This document shows, piece by piece, positions 59,906-60,035 of a DNA stretch of 60,035 nt. This DNA is from Bacteroides sp. SM23_62 (GTDB taxonomy: Bacteria; Bacteroidota; Bacteroidia; Bacteroidales; SM23-62), in NCBI GenBank assembly GCA_001303955.1, contig LJUP01000016.1, forward strand, positions 1 through 60,035, written 5' to 3'. A program made the position numbers and the translations under genes. A model generated the notes under the pieces. It worked only from the letters and a program-made list of their open reading frames with translations, did not search any database and was not told the DNA's origin. The first letter of the stretch is position 1; every line of letters begins with the position of its first letter.

Positions 59906-60035
59906 ATGGAAGAACTTTTTGAACATCACAGGATTGTGGTGGACAAGGGCCAGCAGGTGATGCGCATAGACAAGTTTCTGGTGAACCGCCTGCTGAATAT
60001 CTCCCGCAGCAAGATCCAGGCTGCCGCCGAAGCGG
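59906..60035 (+). CDS. RluA/RluD-family pseudouridine synthase (5' end only)
   Basis: MEELFEHHRIVVDKGQQVMRIDKFLVNRLLNISRSKIQAAAEA is an S4-like N-terminus. The ATG directly follows the upstream stop. Truncated by the window end. Confidence 0.7.
   Translation, partial: MEELFEHHRIVVDKGQQVMRIDKFLVNRLLNISRSKIQAAAEA

Overview
Gene-dense chromosomal core segment, almost certainly from a Bacteroidota genome. The lineage call rests on a T9SS C-terminal sorting domain, a gldB-like lipoprotein next to nadE, a MurF-Alr fusion, DUF1573 and SPOR proteins, ECF sigma factors, and TAnnTTTG-type promoter boxes with few Shine-Dalgarno sites. About 55 protein genes are supported. Most are housekeeping: recA, uvrA, dnaB, smpB, miaA, lpdA, nadE, tdk, rsmI, rsmG, ispE, rmuC, murF/alr and rpmH. 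There is also an envelope/LPS glycosyltransferase-acyltransferase cluster and several envelope proteins of unknown function. I see no rRNA, tRNA, CRISPR array, transposase, integrase, phage or recognisable defence genes. No intergenic gap exceeds about 275 bp. I therefore cannot honestly point to a clear novel multi-gene system. The points most worth a second look are listed here. (1) Two conserved genes are disrupted: tgt has an out-of-frame internal deletion, and a TPR-sensor/PP2C phosphatase is split by a 1-nt frameshift. (2) Three real genes are missing from the ORF track: a 55-aa 2x[4Fe-4S] ferredoxin, ribosomal protein L34, and an edge-truncated secreted protein. (3) Two envelope gene pairs have unusual architecture: an ECF sigma with a TM-anchored beta-barrel protein, and a SPOR protein with a barrel-TSP3-EF-hand protein. 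(4) There is an orphan 20-codon lipoprotein signal-peptide ORF. (5) The leader upstream of the NRAMP transporter gene is structured. All functional calls come from motif recognition by eye. No database search was run.
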